From: Isurus oxyrinchus | Lineage: Eukaryota | Length of the DNA stretch: 64,000 nucleotides | Assembly: GCA_026770705.1 (NCBI GenBank) | Contig: JANJGN010000140.1 | Coordinates: 496,001-560,000, forward strand | Direction: 5' to 3' | In this document: piece after piece, positions 10,150-22,495 of the stretch | Layout: each line of letters starts with the position of its first letter | How positions within the stretch are numbered: position 1 is the first letter of the stretch | Position numbers and translations under genes: made by a program | The notes under the pieces: model-generated | Databases searched by the model: none | What the model was told of the DNA's origin: nothing | Seen by the model: only the letters and a program-made list of their open reading frames with translations

Positions 10150-12740
10150 CTTATCGATGAGTATAAGGAGCATAAAATGTTAGTGGAGGTTGTATATAGA
10201 CCCAAAACTGCTGCGGTGAAGCTGGGACTGGAATTAAGCAGGAAATTAGAGAAGTATCCAATAAAGAAACATCTGTAATTATGGGTGACTTTCATCTGCA
10301 TATAGTTTGGCCAAATCAAATACTGTAGAGGAAGAATTCCTGGAGTGTATACGGGATGGCTTTCTGGACCAATGCGTTGAGAAACGAACTAGAGAACAGG
10401 CCATTCTTGACTGGGTATTGTGTAATGAGAAAGCAATAATTGCCAATCTAGATGTGCCAGGCCCCTTGGGGATGAGCGGCCATAAAATGATAGAATTCTT
10501 CATCAATATGGAGAGTGACATAGTTGATTCTGAAACTGGGGCCCTGAACCTTAATAAAGGAAACTACGATGGTGTGAGGCGTGAGTTGGCTATGATGGAT
10601 TGGGAAACGTTACTTAAAGGGATGACGGTGGACAGGCATTGGCAAACATTCAAAGAGCACATGGGTGAACTGAAACAATTGTTATTCCTGCCTGGCGCAA
10701 AAGTGAAACAACAAACGTGGCCAAACCATGGTTTACGAGAGAAATTAGAGATAGTATTAGATGCAAGGAAGAGGCATACAAATTGGCCAGGAAAAAAAAG
10801 ACCTGAGCATTGGAAGCAGATTAGAATCCAACAAAGGAGGACCAAGGTATTGATAAAGAAGGGGAAAATAGAGTACCAGAATAAGCTTGCAGGGAACATA
10901 AAACCTGACTGTAAAAGATTCTATAGGTATGTGAAGAGAAAAAGGTTGGTGAAGACAAATGTAGGTCCCTTACAGTCAGAAACAGGGGAATTTATAATGG
11001 GGAGCAAAGAAATGGCTGACCAAGTAAATACATACTTTGGTTCAGTCTTCACAAAGAGGTCACAAATAACATACCAGAAATGTTGGGAAACTCAGGGTTT
11101 AGAGAGAGGGAGGAACTGAAAGAAATTTGTATTAGTAGGGAAATGGTGTTGGGGAAATTGATGGTATTGAAGGCCGAAAAATCCCCAGGGCCTGATAATC
11201 TACATCCCAGAGCACTTAAGGAAATGACACTAGAAATAATGGATGCATTGGTGATCATCTTCCTAGATCCTATAGACTCTGGTACAGTTCCTGCAGATTG
11301 GAGTGTTGCTAATGTAACCCCACTATTTAAAAAGAGAGGTACAGAGAAAACAGGAAATAAAAGGCCAGTCAGCCTGATGTCGCTAGTGGGGAAAATTCTA
11401 GAGGCCATTATAAAAGATTTAATAGCTGAGCACTTGGAAAATATTGGCAGAATCGGAGAGTCAGCATGCATTTACGACAAATTTATTGGAGTTTTTCGAG
11501 GATGTCACTAGTGGAGTTGATGAGGGGGAGCCAGTGGATGCGTTTTAGTTGGACTTTCAGAAGGCTGTCGACAAAGTCCCACAGAAGAGATTAGCATGTA
11601 AAATTAAAGCGTATGGGATTGGGGAAAGTGTGTTGAGATGGATAGAAAACTGGTTGGCAGACATGAAACAAAGAGGAGGAATACACGGGACATTTTCCGA
11701 ATGGCAGGCAGTGACAAGTGGGGTACCTTAGGGATCGGTGCTGCGTCCCCAGCTATTAACAATAGATATTAATGATTTAAATTAGGGAACTAAATGTAAT
11801 ACCTCTAAATTTGCAGATGACACAAAGCTGGGTGGGAGGGTGAGCTGTGAGGAGGATGCAGAGCTGCTTCAGTGTGACTTGGACAGGCTGAGTGAGTGGA
11901 AAAATGCATGGCAGGTGAAGCATAATGTGGATAAATTTGAGCTTATCCACTTTGGATGCAATAACAGGAAGGGAGATTATTATCTGAATGGCTATAAATT
12001 CAGAGAGGGGAATGTGCTACGAGAGCTGGGTGTCGTCGTACACCAATCGCAGAAGGTAAGCATGCAGATGCAGCAGATGCAAAAGAGGGCAAATGGTACG
12101 TTGACCTTCATAGCAGAGGATTCCAGTACAGGAGCAGGATGTATTGCTGCAATTGTACAGGGCCTTGGTGAGACCACACCTGGAATATTATGGGCAGGTT
12201 TGGGCTCCTTATCTGAGGAAGAATGTTCTTGCTATAGAGGGGGTGCAGCGAACGTTTATCAGACTGATTCCTGGGATGGCAGGACAGACATCTGAGGAGT
12301 GATTGAGTTGGTTACGATTATATTCGCTTGGGTTCAGAAGAATGAGAGCAGAATCTCATAGAAGACTATAAAATTCTCACAGGGCCAGACAGTGTACATG
12401 CAGGAAGGATGGTCCCGATGGCGGGGGAGTCCAGAACCAGAGGTCACAGTCTGTGGATACGGGGTAGACCATTTAGAATTGAGATGAGAAGAAATGTCTT
12501 CACCCAGAGAGTGGTGAGCCTATGGAATTCGCTACCACCGAAAGTATTTGATGCCAAAATAACGCATGCTTTCAAGAAATAGTTAGATATAGCTCTTGGG
12601 GCGAAAGGGATCAAAGGGTAAGGGCAGAAAGCGGGAGCAGGCTATTGAGTTGGATGATCAGCCACAATCATGATGAATGGCGGAGCTGGCTCGAAGGGCC
12701 TATGGCATAGCCCTGCTCCTACTTTCTATGTTTCTATGTT
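10150..12740 (+). mobile_element. CR1 LINE, long frameshifted ORF2 (EN C-terminus plus RT) with 3' tail
   Basis: ORFs 10307-11119, 11080-11511, 11549-11731, 11840-12295 (ILDWVLCNE, KSPGPDNLHPR, DFQKAVDKVP); tail TTCTATGTTTCTATG. Confidence 0.95.
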
Positions 12741-12788
12741 TTTATATTTTCTAAACACGAAATATTTATTTTTTGCGAGCAAACGCAT

Positions 12789-12993
12789 NNNNNNNNNNNN
12801 NNNNNNNNNNNNNNNNNNNNNNNNNNNNNNNNNNNNNNNNNNNNNNNNNNNNNNNNNNNNNNNNNNNNNNNNNNNNNNNNNNNNNNNNNNNNNNNNNNNN
12901 NNNNNNNNNNNNNNNNNNNNNNNNNNNNNNNNNNNNNNNNNNNNNNNNNNNNNNNNNNNNNNNNNNNNNNNNNNNNNNNNNNNNNNNNNNNNN
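12789..12993. other. Assembly gap or masked run (N)
   Basis: N run. Confidence 1.
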
Positions 12994-13619
12994 GGGGAGA
13001 GAGAAATAGACAGTGACCGGCAAGAATACACAGAACCCTCACACATTCTCAAGTCCAGGTATCAGGGGCACAACAGAAGAGTTCAGGGAGACTGCTTGCG
13101 GGACCGCAGGCAGTGCTGATTGTCACAAACTGCGGCAATGATCATAGGCTTTTGGATAGATGCAGGAAGCAATGGGGGCCGATATGCTGGCGAAGAGCAC
13201 TCAAAATTCTCCTCCCTCCTCTCCCACCCCTGCCCCCCACCTTGATTCCGAAAGCCTCGACTGACAGGAGGCTCCAAATAAAGCGCAGGGTCCCAGAGCG
13301 CAAATAATGTGGCCAATATATCGATGGAGTTTTCACTTTTGGCTGTCAACCAACATTGTTATTTGATTGTTTCATTCATTTTTAATTTTCGCTCTGTTTG
13401 CCCATTCCAACATTGATACGACTCTCTTCTATTCATCAATCTATAATTCTAATTGCTTCTCTGACAAGCTTTTTATCCCAGTCAGTGTCAGCATGTACAT
13501 TTATATCTGAAGCTATGTCAATCATCATATAAAATCTATCAATCTGTTTTTCCTGCTCCTTTGTCTCCGGAACGAAGAGTCCTTAAATGGCAAAAACGTT
13601 TTCTATCTATTTTATCATA

Positions 13620-13938
13620 NNNNNNNNNNNNNNNNNNNNNNNNNNNNNNNNNNNNNNNNNNNNNNNNNNNNNNNNNNNNNNNNNNNNNNNNNNNNNNNNN
13701 NNNNNNNNNNNNNNNNNNNNNNNNNNNNNNNNNNNNNNNNNNNNNNNNNNNNNNNNNNNNNNNNNNNNNNNNNNNNNNNNNNNNNNNNNNNNNNNNNNNN
13801 NNNNNNNNNNNNNNNNNNNNNNNNNNNNNNNNNNNNNNNNNNNNNNNNNNNNNNNNNNNNNNNNNNNNNNNNNNNNNNNNNNNNNNNNNNNNNNNNNNNN
13901 NNNNNNNNNNNNNNNNNNNNNNNNNNNNNNNNNNNNNN
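13620..13938. other. Assembly gap or masked run (N) abutting the RSS repeat
   Basis: N run. Confidence 1.
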
Positions 13939-14182
13939 CTGTATCACTGTATCTGGAATCCCCACTTTGTTCACGTTTTCATAGAGCTCTTTCCGCGCTT
14001 TGTATCTCTATGTGTCTGTAATCCCACCATGTTCAGGTTTTTGTACAGCTCTCTCCGTGCTCTGTATCACTGTGTGTCTGTAATCCCACCATGTTCAGGT
14101 TTTTGTACAGTTCTCTCCGTGCTCTGTATCACTATGTGTCTGTAATCCCACCATGTTCAGGTTTCTGAACAGCTCTCTCCGT
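13939..14182 (-). repeat. 62-bp tandem repeat whose unit contains a full 23-bp-spacer recombination signal sequence
   Basis: GGTTTTTGT (14036-44) + 23 bp + CACTGTG (14068-74); GGTTTTTGT (14098-106) + 23 bp + CACTATG (14130-36); degenerate or partial units on both sides. Confidence 0.9.
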
Positions 14183-14360
14183 GATCTAACCCTGAACATT
14201 CACAGCTTCAAGTAATGGTGACAGCAGATGTTTGTAGAGGCGGGCACTAAGACACCAGGGAACTGGAATCTGGAGAATAAAAAAACGAACATTAATTGTT
14301 TGTTTAGCCATGGTTTACCTGGGAGAATTTGTCAATGACATGAAACGTTCGTTTTTCTAA
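14183..14360 (-). pseudogene. Truncated TCR V relic (leader end, short intron, FR1) fused to the RSS array
   Basis: ...ATTCTCCCAG|GTAAAC donor (about 14318), TTATTCTCCAG acceptor (about 14270), then DSSSLVS*CPPLQTSAVTIT*SCECSG (FR1 up to the first Cys). Confidence 0.5.
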
Positions 14361-14799
14361 ACTTGAAGCAAGCCTGTTCCAACCGTATTCACCGTCATTG
14401 AGATGTGATTAAGTGCAGAGATGATCATTTTCTTTTGCATCGAGAATTTTTCCAATCTGCACTGCGCGGTCAGAATGGGTGGTGCGAACAGACTCAGTGG
14501 GAACTTTCAAATGGCTGATGTACCTATACTACAACAGGAAAAATGGTAAAAATTGGATTGCATTTTGAAAGTGATAGCACCTCCACGATGGGCCGAATGT
14601 CATTCTACCTCTTGGCATGGTTCTATGTTGTATATTACATTTCTGCTTCTATTTTCCTTGGTGAGTGACACCCCGATGGAACATTTATTATCAGTATGGC
14701 AATCAGTTTCCAAAAAATGATTGTATGGGACAATCAGCATCAGCATCACTGTGCAAAGCATGATCGAAATGAAAGTGATTGTGATTAATCAGCATTGAT

Positions 14800-15090
14800 T
14801 GAAACTTCTCTCTTCCCCATTCTAATGGCCGACCCCTTATGCTGAAACTATGGCTCCCAGTTATAGACTTTCCAACCTGAGGAAACTCCCACCTAGAACC
14901 TTCCCTCGCAAGCTTCTTAAAGGTATCATGTGTTCTTATGAGATCGCCCTCATTACTGTAAACTCCAGGGAACACAGGTCCAGTCTACTCAATCCCTTCC
15001 CATAGGACAATCCCTTTACTTCAGGAATCAGTCTGATGAACATTTGTTCCAAAGCATGTACAACCTTCCCTAAGTTAGATACCAGACTTT
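14800..15090 (-). mobile_element. Old CR1 3' fragment
   Basis: Minus-strand GDLIRT...GHSFSIRGRP-like remnant. Confidence 0.6.
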
Positions 15091-15612
15091 ACACAGCATT
15101 CCAAACTGGAGTCCTTCTCTCCATAAACATTGCCCACCACCCTTTGCTCGGATTGTACTTTGAACAGCCCAGAGATCATCCAATCCTTCTCTCCCATTCG
15201 ATGAATTATTTCTTGCTGGTTCTAAATGAACATTCTCTCAGTTTATATTTTTTTCCTTATGTCCCTGTTCTCCTTTATAAGATTAATGCATCATCCTCAC
15301 TCTCTCACTGCACTTTGCGTATTTAATTCACAGTAATCAGGGATACAGAGAAATTACAGCAATCCCATCTCTCAAACATCGACATTCAATAAAGAGAAAT
15401 GTCTGCAGTTCCAAACTTTCACATTTCGATCTGAGGATGGAAAAGGAGGAAATGATTGGGTATATGAGGACAATTGAAACAAATGGCGGGTAAATGACCC
15501 GACTGTCCGATCATACCCTATTCCTAAATCGAAGCCTGCAATGGAACAGGTCCCTTAGAAATCGTTTTTTTTAGTTTCGATATGATTGAAACGATGTTGA
15601 TCACAAGAAGCT

Positions 15613-15638
15613 GACTGTGAACAATATCCAGCACAGTC
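15613..15638 (-). other. Candidate D segment (CTGGATATTGTT) of the NAR-TCR cassette
   Basis: 12-nt core flanked by symmetric heptamer-like GACTGTG and CACAGTC; lies downstream of NAR-TCR V2 once the CR1 insertion is removed; nonamers poor. Confidence 0.4.
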
Positions 15639-15869
15639 TGCAACATGCGGGCTTCAGAGTCACTTATCGGCTGTGCCAGTCACCACCATCCTGGATCCAT
15701 CTACATAATTCGCACACCACTCTCACTCTCCCAGTTCAAGAACCATTGACAACTCAACTGCCGGGAAATCATCATCAGGCAGTAGACAATTATACAGCAG
15801 GTTTAAATGAATAATCAATATTCAATGTTTCAAAGTCTCTATCTGTTCAAACTATTCTTTCTGAGGCCC

Positions 15870-18059
15870 TGAGCTCTGCGTAAATGGTCCTGGGAATGAG
15901 ATATTCGCTTCATATAAACCGAGAAAAATATCAAAGAAAGATAACTGAATGGTGGAAATTAAAATTAAAGTGGATCGGCAATGGTTAATATTTAAGGAGC
16001 GTATGCATGAATTACAAAAATTATTCATTCCCGTCTGGCGCAAAAATAATATGGGAAAGATGGTTCAACCATGGATTACAAAAGAAATTAGGGATAGTAT
16101 TAGATCTAACGAGTAGACATAAAAAATCTCCAGAAAAAGCTTCAATCCTGAGGGTTGGAAGTAGTTTAGAATTCAGCAAAACTGGAAAAAAGACTGATCA
16201 AGAAGGGGAAAATGTAGTACGAGAGTAAACTTGCAGGGAACATAAAAATTGATTGTAAAAGCCTCCATAAATATGTGGAAGAGAAAATGATTAGTAAACA
16301 AACACTCACAAACGGGGGAAACGATAATTGGGAACAAAGAAATGGCAAAAAAATTGAAGAGATATTTTGGTTCTGCCTTCAGAAAAGGCAACACAAATAA
16401 TTTCCCAGAAATGTTAGGGAACCACGGGCCCAGTGAGAGCGAGGAATTGAAGGAAATCAGCATTAGTGAAAAACATTGTGGTGGAGAAATTAATGGGGTT
16501 AAAATCTGGAAAATCCCCAGGGCCTGATAATCCACATCCCAGATGTCTAAAGGAGGTGGCGCTGGAAATATTGGATGCATAGGTGGTCAGCTTCCAAAAA
16601 TCTATAGACTCTGGAACAGTTCCTACATATTGGGGGTGGCAAATGTAACCCCATTATTTTAAAAAAAAGGAAGGAGAGCAAAAACAGATAATTACAGAGC
16701 AGTTAGCCTAACATCAGTTGTGGGCAAAATGCTGGAGTCTGTTATAAAATAACTGAACACTTGGAAAGCATCAATGAGATTAGACAAAATCAGCATCGGT
16801 TTATGAAAGGGAAACCATGCTTAACTAATCTACTCGAGTTTTTTAGTAGGATAGATAACGGAGAACCACTAGATCTGGTGTACTTGGATTTCAAGAAGAT
16901 TTTAATAAGGTCCCACCTAAGAGGCTAGTGGACAAAAGTAAAGCACATGAGATTGGAGGTAATATACTGGCTTGGACTGAGAATTGGTTGACAGACCAGA
17001 AACAGACAGTGGGAATAATGGGTCTTTATCCCGGTGGCAGGCCTTGACTAGTGGTGTACCGCATCGATCAGTGCTTGAGCCCCAGTTATTCACAACATAT
17101 ATAGATAATTTGGATGAGGAAACCAAATGCAATATTTCCAAGTTTGCTGAGGACACAAAACTGCACGAGGCTGTGAGATGTGAGGAGCATGCAAGAGGGA
17201 TTCAGGGCAATTTAGACAAGTTTTCTGTGTCGGCAATCACATGGCAAGTGCAGTATAACGTGGATAAATATAAAGTTATACGCTTCGGTGTGAAAACAGA
17301 AAGTCAGAACATTATATAAATGGTGATAAATTGGGAAATATGGGTGTACGAAGGAGTCTGGGTGTCGTTGTACACCAGCCAATGAAACTAAACAGACAGG
17401 TGCAGCAATTGGGAAGGCAAATGATATGTTGGCCTTCATTTAAAGTGGATTTGATTTCAGAAGTAGGGATGTTTTACTGCAGTTGCAAAGGGCCTTGGTG
17501 AGAACACACCAGGAGCATTGCGTGCAGATTTGGTCTCTCTACGCAAGAAAAGATATATTTGCCGTAGAGGGAGTGGAGCGAATGTTCACGAGGTTGATAC
17601 TGGGGATGGCAGGACAGTTGTATGAGGAGAGATTGGTTCAACTGGGCCTGCATTCACTAGAGTTTAGAAGAATGAGAGGGGTTCTGATTGAAACACATAT
17701 AATTCTAACAGCGCTAGACAGACTAGATGCAGGAAGGATGTTTCCCTTGGTTGGGGAGTCTAGAACCAGGGGCCACAGCAGAATACGGGGAAGGCCATTT
17801 GCGACCGAAATGAGGAAGATTCCTTCACTCAGAGGGTGGTCAACCTGTAGAATTCTCGACCAAAGAAGTCTATGGAGTCACTGAGTATATTCAAGAAAAA
17901 AATCGACATATTTTTGGATATTAGTGGCATTAAGTGGTATGGACAGAAAGCGGGAATATGGTGTTTAGATCCAGGATCAACCATGATAATATTGAATGGC
18001 GGAACAAGATCGAAGGGCCGAACGGCCTAGTCCAGCTCCTATTTCTATGTTTCTATGTT
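15870..18059 (+). mobile_element. CR1 LINE (decayed RT plus 3' tail) inserted just downstream of the NAR-TCR V RSS
   Basis: ORFs with SGVPHRSVLEPQLFTTYIDNLD, SKFAEDTKL, YEERLVQLGLHSLEFRRMRG; tail TTCTATGTTTCTATGTT. Confidence 0.93.
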
Positions 18060-18262
18060 CCACTGTTTCACCGACACCAACCCCGGGGAAGCCTTCACCA
18101 TCCGCACACGCTTCGTAGTTTTAAAACTCAAGTTGTTAACGGTAATAATCCAATCTCACTACAAACTAGACTGGGGGACAGACGGTATGAGGCTGAACTC
18201 TGGGCGTTTAACGGCAGAATTAACTCCGCTTTTTTACTTGTTTTTGTGATAATCTGCATGAG

Positions 18263-18765
18263 AATGTTTGTATCCCGGGAAGCCAAGGCCAGTCGCTGTG
18301 TAACGTAGTACTGAGCTTTACAGTAATAGGTGGCAGTGCCTTCAACTCTCACATCCCAAATTTCCAACGAAAATGTCTTTCTGTTTTATCCATTGACACA
18401 AACAATGTCCCCCCGCTGGAGATCCGCTCCCGCTCTGCTCCGGTCTGGGTTTGTCTGATGAAAAGCACCGTTTGGACAATATCCCAATAACCAGCGTGGA
18501 AAACACAGGTAATGGTGAGAAACTGACATTACTTCCTGGTCACCGCTGCCGGGGTTTGTGTCACTGCTGACTGAAAACTCCTGGAAATTAAACAGAGATA
18601 GTTTCATGGACCATCAGAGCCGAATCACAGAACCGGGTTAAACCACCTGTCTGTAATTGGGATGGACTCGGGCAGCCTTATATGAAATCCACATAATGTC
18701 GGTTTGTGTGATCGGTACTCACGGGGTAAACAGACACACAGGGCGAAAACAAAGTGGATTCCCAT
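18263..18765 (-). pseudogene. NAR-TCR V segment pseudogene with RSS
   Basis: Leader MGIHFVFALCVCLP (18765-18723); V exon 18580-18301: RVFSQ/(fs)VTQTPAAVTRK*CQFLTITCVFHAGYWDIVQTVLFIRQTQTGAERERISSGGTLFVSMDKTEKTFSLEIWDVRVEGTATYYCKAQY. Short CDR2-less NAR-type domain, extra FR1 Cys, YYCKA end. RSS CACAGCG-22-ACAAACATT. One frameshift and one stop. Confidence 0.88.
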
Positions 18766-19320
18766 CGTTCTGCTGCCTGGAGCTGGGGGTTTATATGACG
18801 GGGAGTTGGAGACTGCAGCCCTGGACTGCACTGGGAGGCCGGACCTCAGAGCTGGACTGAAAGATTCTAGGCACGAAAATTAGGCCACGCCTGCCGTTTA
18901 AATAAAACGAGAGTTCAAAGGGGCGGAGCTGTTGCACTCAGTCTGTTGCTGCTTCGGAACTCACGACCCCCAAATTCGGCCTCGTAACCCCACTGGGTGT
19001 CGCGTGACACACAGTTTGGGATGCCCTGCTTAATGTGGGGTCATGCTGATTTGCAGAGGGCAGTATCCGCGAGATCAGTGGTGGGCCGCAAGGATCCACG
19101 GTCTCTGGTTGTGTGTTGCGTGAATAACTCTCAGGCTGAATGAGGGAACCTTATGACTATCTTTCGCTTCATTGGAGCTGGATGTTAAATCCCCTTCCAC
19201 ATTTCTCTGTTGAACAGGGCGGTGTGAGATGGGCATGATTCTGTCAGTTGGTGCTGCTGCCCTCCTTCACGCTGTAGTAAGGAGCTGGGAGGTGGTTCCA
19301 TGTGTATTTACTGTGTGGTC
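18766..19320 (-). promoter_or_regulatory. NAR-TCR V upstream region, with an extra hAT-like MITE remnant (about 18870-19030)
   Basis: CGTCATATAAA (CRE half-site plus TATA); paralogous to 6569-6960; the insertion ends CACAGTTTGGGATGCCCTG. Confidence 0.55.
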
Positions 19321-21909
19321 TTACTTCCACTCATTGCAATACTGCCGGGAATTCATTAACACCCTGAAGGGGTTGACGGGATCTGGGTTGAGTACCTGAT
19401 CTGAAGGAGAGAGCCTGAGGCTCCGCTGCTTCCCTCAGTCCAGCCTCTGAGGATCAGCTTGCAATATGATACAGCCCATTGACAACATCCAGGCAGATAT
19501 ATACAACATACGCGAAAAACAACCCCCCTCTCTCATTTAAACAAACGCTTCCCTTCTCTGTTTTGCATTTAAAATGATGTTTCCATTCAGTGAGGATTGG
19601 TTTCCAGTTCTGTAATATTCAGAATTATCTTTAACAGTGACAGAGTCTGCGAGTAAAGACTCCAGGTCATGACAGAGTTGATGGGAAAGGGACTGTGCAA
19701 TATTGCAGGCAGACCTCGAAATGTCAATAACGGAAGAAACGGGAAATTCCCGATAGCTTCTAGCCGCACAAAAATGGATGACTGTGCGGCACACAAGCAA
19801 GGCCGACGGGAAGTCACACAGAACTAGTCGACTGCATTTCACAGAAACATATTCGATATTCTTATTGACATTCCAGCACAACAGGGTATCCGCAATGTCC
19901 TAATATTCACCCAAATACGTGACTCTCATCATAGTGCCCGTTTTTTACCATTTTTTGCTAATATCCACCAGGCTTTTTTTCCCCACCACCTATACCCATG
20001 CCGGGGTCGTGTTCGTGAGCCACCACCAGCACGCAGGCGCCTTGGTGATGACTGCAATGCTCCCAACTGCCGATCACTGGGCTGAGTATGCGCAGACTGT
20101 CACATTCAAAGGTCCCGCTGAAACCCCCAGGGAATTCTGTGCTTGTTTTCCTCCGCCTCTGCCCGGAAAATACCCCGGACAGACAGGTAAGTTCTCGTCC
20201 TTAACTGGTGAAAAAAAAATAAAACCCGTTCATGGTGTTTCTCTTCCACCAGAGTGTCTCAGTGCATAGAACTTTCTGTCACCTTACCCATAAATTGTCC
20301 GCTCAAGCTCCCACATTGGAGGCATATAAAACTCATAGTGCAGCGCCAACAGTCTGCTGTTATCTACACTGAAGGAATCCTGAGCGATTGTACATGCTGA
20401 CTTTCTGGATGAGACGCTGAACGATGGACTCTGGCTACGCTCTCAGGTGGATTGCGAAATGTCTCTATTCAAAGATTTAAGAAAACAGCAAAGAATTCTC
20501 CCCAGTGACCTTGGCCATTATTTATCCTTCATTTAACACCACTGAAGACAGTTTTGTGCTCGTTTTTCTCATTACGTTTTGTGGAATCTTGCTCTGCCTA
20601 CCTTTTGCTGCCACGTTTCCTGCAAAGCAACAGGAAATTTCTAATTGGCTGTAAAGCCATTTGGGCTCCCGGAGGCCGGAAAGGACGCTCTGTAAATACC
20701 TGATTGTTTTTCCTTCTTTCATTCATTCTTTCTCAGCACCAACTCCACACTGCAGAGACTCGATCTCTAAGTTTAGCCCTGATACTTAAAATAAAGTATT
20801 TGATAACATGAGAAGTCATTTTTGAGTTTTGATCCCGAATGTGCTGTCCGAAAGGAAGCTGGACCCAGACTAAACAATAAATTCCAAATGGGAATTGGAT
20901 AAATGCTGGAAAAGGGGGACTTGGTGAAAAAAGCAGAGGAGTGTAAGGAACTGCTAGTTATCTACTAATTCTAAAGGAAAATACAGCTAGAGTTATGGAT
21001 TCAATCCATTCCTTTCATAACGTCATCTGTTGGAAAGTCGAAACAAATTTGCAATTTACTCATCAATACAATCACGGCCGGCTTTCAGCTCATTTTTTAA
21101 AAGCCGGCAGTTTTTTTTTTGCCCCCGCACTCCTATTCCCTACTACTCGTCCCTCCAGACATTGTAGTCCGAGGCCATCACCTAGTTCGCCGACTGGAGG
21201 CGCCTCTCCTGCTAACTGAATAGTTCTTTCAGAAACCCGGCAAAACGCAGTTGTCGATTGGCTTCACCCGATGCTGTGTGGGTGTAAACTGCGCTTTTCG
21301 CGACGTCAGGCCAACCGAAAAGTACTTCACGGTGGCTCTGGGGGCGAGAGGTTATCGGGGATTGGCAGGAATCTCAGGCCGAGGTGACAATAAAATCAGT
21401 CATGACCTTATTGAATGGTGGAACGAACTCGAGGGGCCGAGTGGCCTATTCCTGCTTCTAGTGCGTATGTTAACATGGTCCAGTGTAATATGAGCAGCGA
21501 CAGGGAAGGTCTGGTATGATAGAATGAAAAACGGTTTCAAATGTAATATGAATAAAGATAAAAGGTGTCATGACGTAATCACTGGGGTAGTATTTAATTT
21601 GACAAGAGGAGATGTGCTTTAATGCGATGGAGGCAATGTGTAGTTGATTAATACTAGGGCCAGCAAGTAATATAATATGAACAAAGGCACGGTGCATTGC
21701 ATTGATAATTGAGGCCGGGACTTCCGTTATGTAAATAAAACCGTGCTCAAGGACAATAACAATGGAAGCATGATCGTGTGTAAATTAAACAAAGGCGTAT
21801 CCGTTTGTAGTAATAAATGAGACAGCGTTTAGTTCAATATAACCAGGGGCATGCATTAGTAAACATGAATAATGATGTGCTTCGCACAGACGAGCACGCT
21901 ATGTCTTAT

Positions 21910-22495
21910 ATCCACAGGGTGGATGTGGAAAATATGTTCCCCCTTTTGAGGGAGACTAGAACTAGGGGACAGAGTTTAAAAATAAGGGATCTCCAATTTA
22001 AGTTGAGGAGAATTTTTGTCGCTCAGCAGTTCAAGGGTCTGGGTAGCCTCTGCCCCAGAGAGTGGTGGAGGCAGGGTTATTGAATATTAGTAAAGCTGTG
22101 TTAAATAGATATTGACTGACAAAGGAGTCAAAGAATATCAGGGGATTTAGTGATGGTAGTGCAACTGAATGTCAAACGGCCATGGTTAGATTCTCTCTTG
22201 TTGAAGATTTTCATTGCCTGGCACTTGTGTTGCTTCAATGTTATCTGCCCCTTCTCATCCCAAGTTTTAGATCTTGCTGCATTTGGACATGGGCTGCTTC
22301 AGTATCTGAGGAGTCGCGAATGGTGCTGAACGTTGTGCAATTATCCGCAAAATATCCCCACTTCTGGCTTTATGATGGAAGGAAGGTCACTGATGAAACA
22401 GCTGAAGGTGGTTGGGCCTAGGACACTACACAGGAACTCTTGCAGTGATGTCCTTGAACTGAGATGACTGACCTTCAACAACAACGACCATTTCA
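21910..22495. mobile_element. CR1 3' fragment (+, 21910-22140) followed by an RT fragment of another LINE (-)
   Basis: RVDVENMFPLLRETRTRGQSLKIR; minus strand SVLGPTTFSCFISDLPSII. Confidence 0.8.

Noticed and set aside
13270-13350. ATLFALWD stretch as a V 3' end
   Set aside because: No YYC, no RSS, no upstream framework
7418-14182. Tandem repeats as CRISPR arrays
   Set aside because: Vertebrate DNA, no unique spacers, no cas genes
19537-19881. 114-aa minus-strand ORF as a V segment
   Set aside because: Only vague FR3 resemblance; no Cys/Trp framework or RSS
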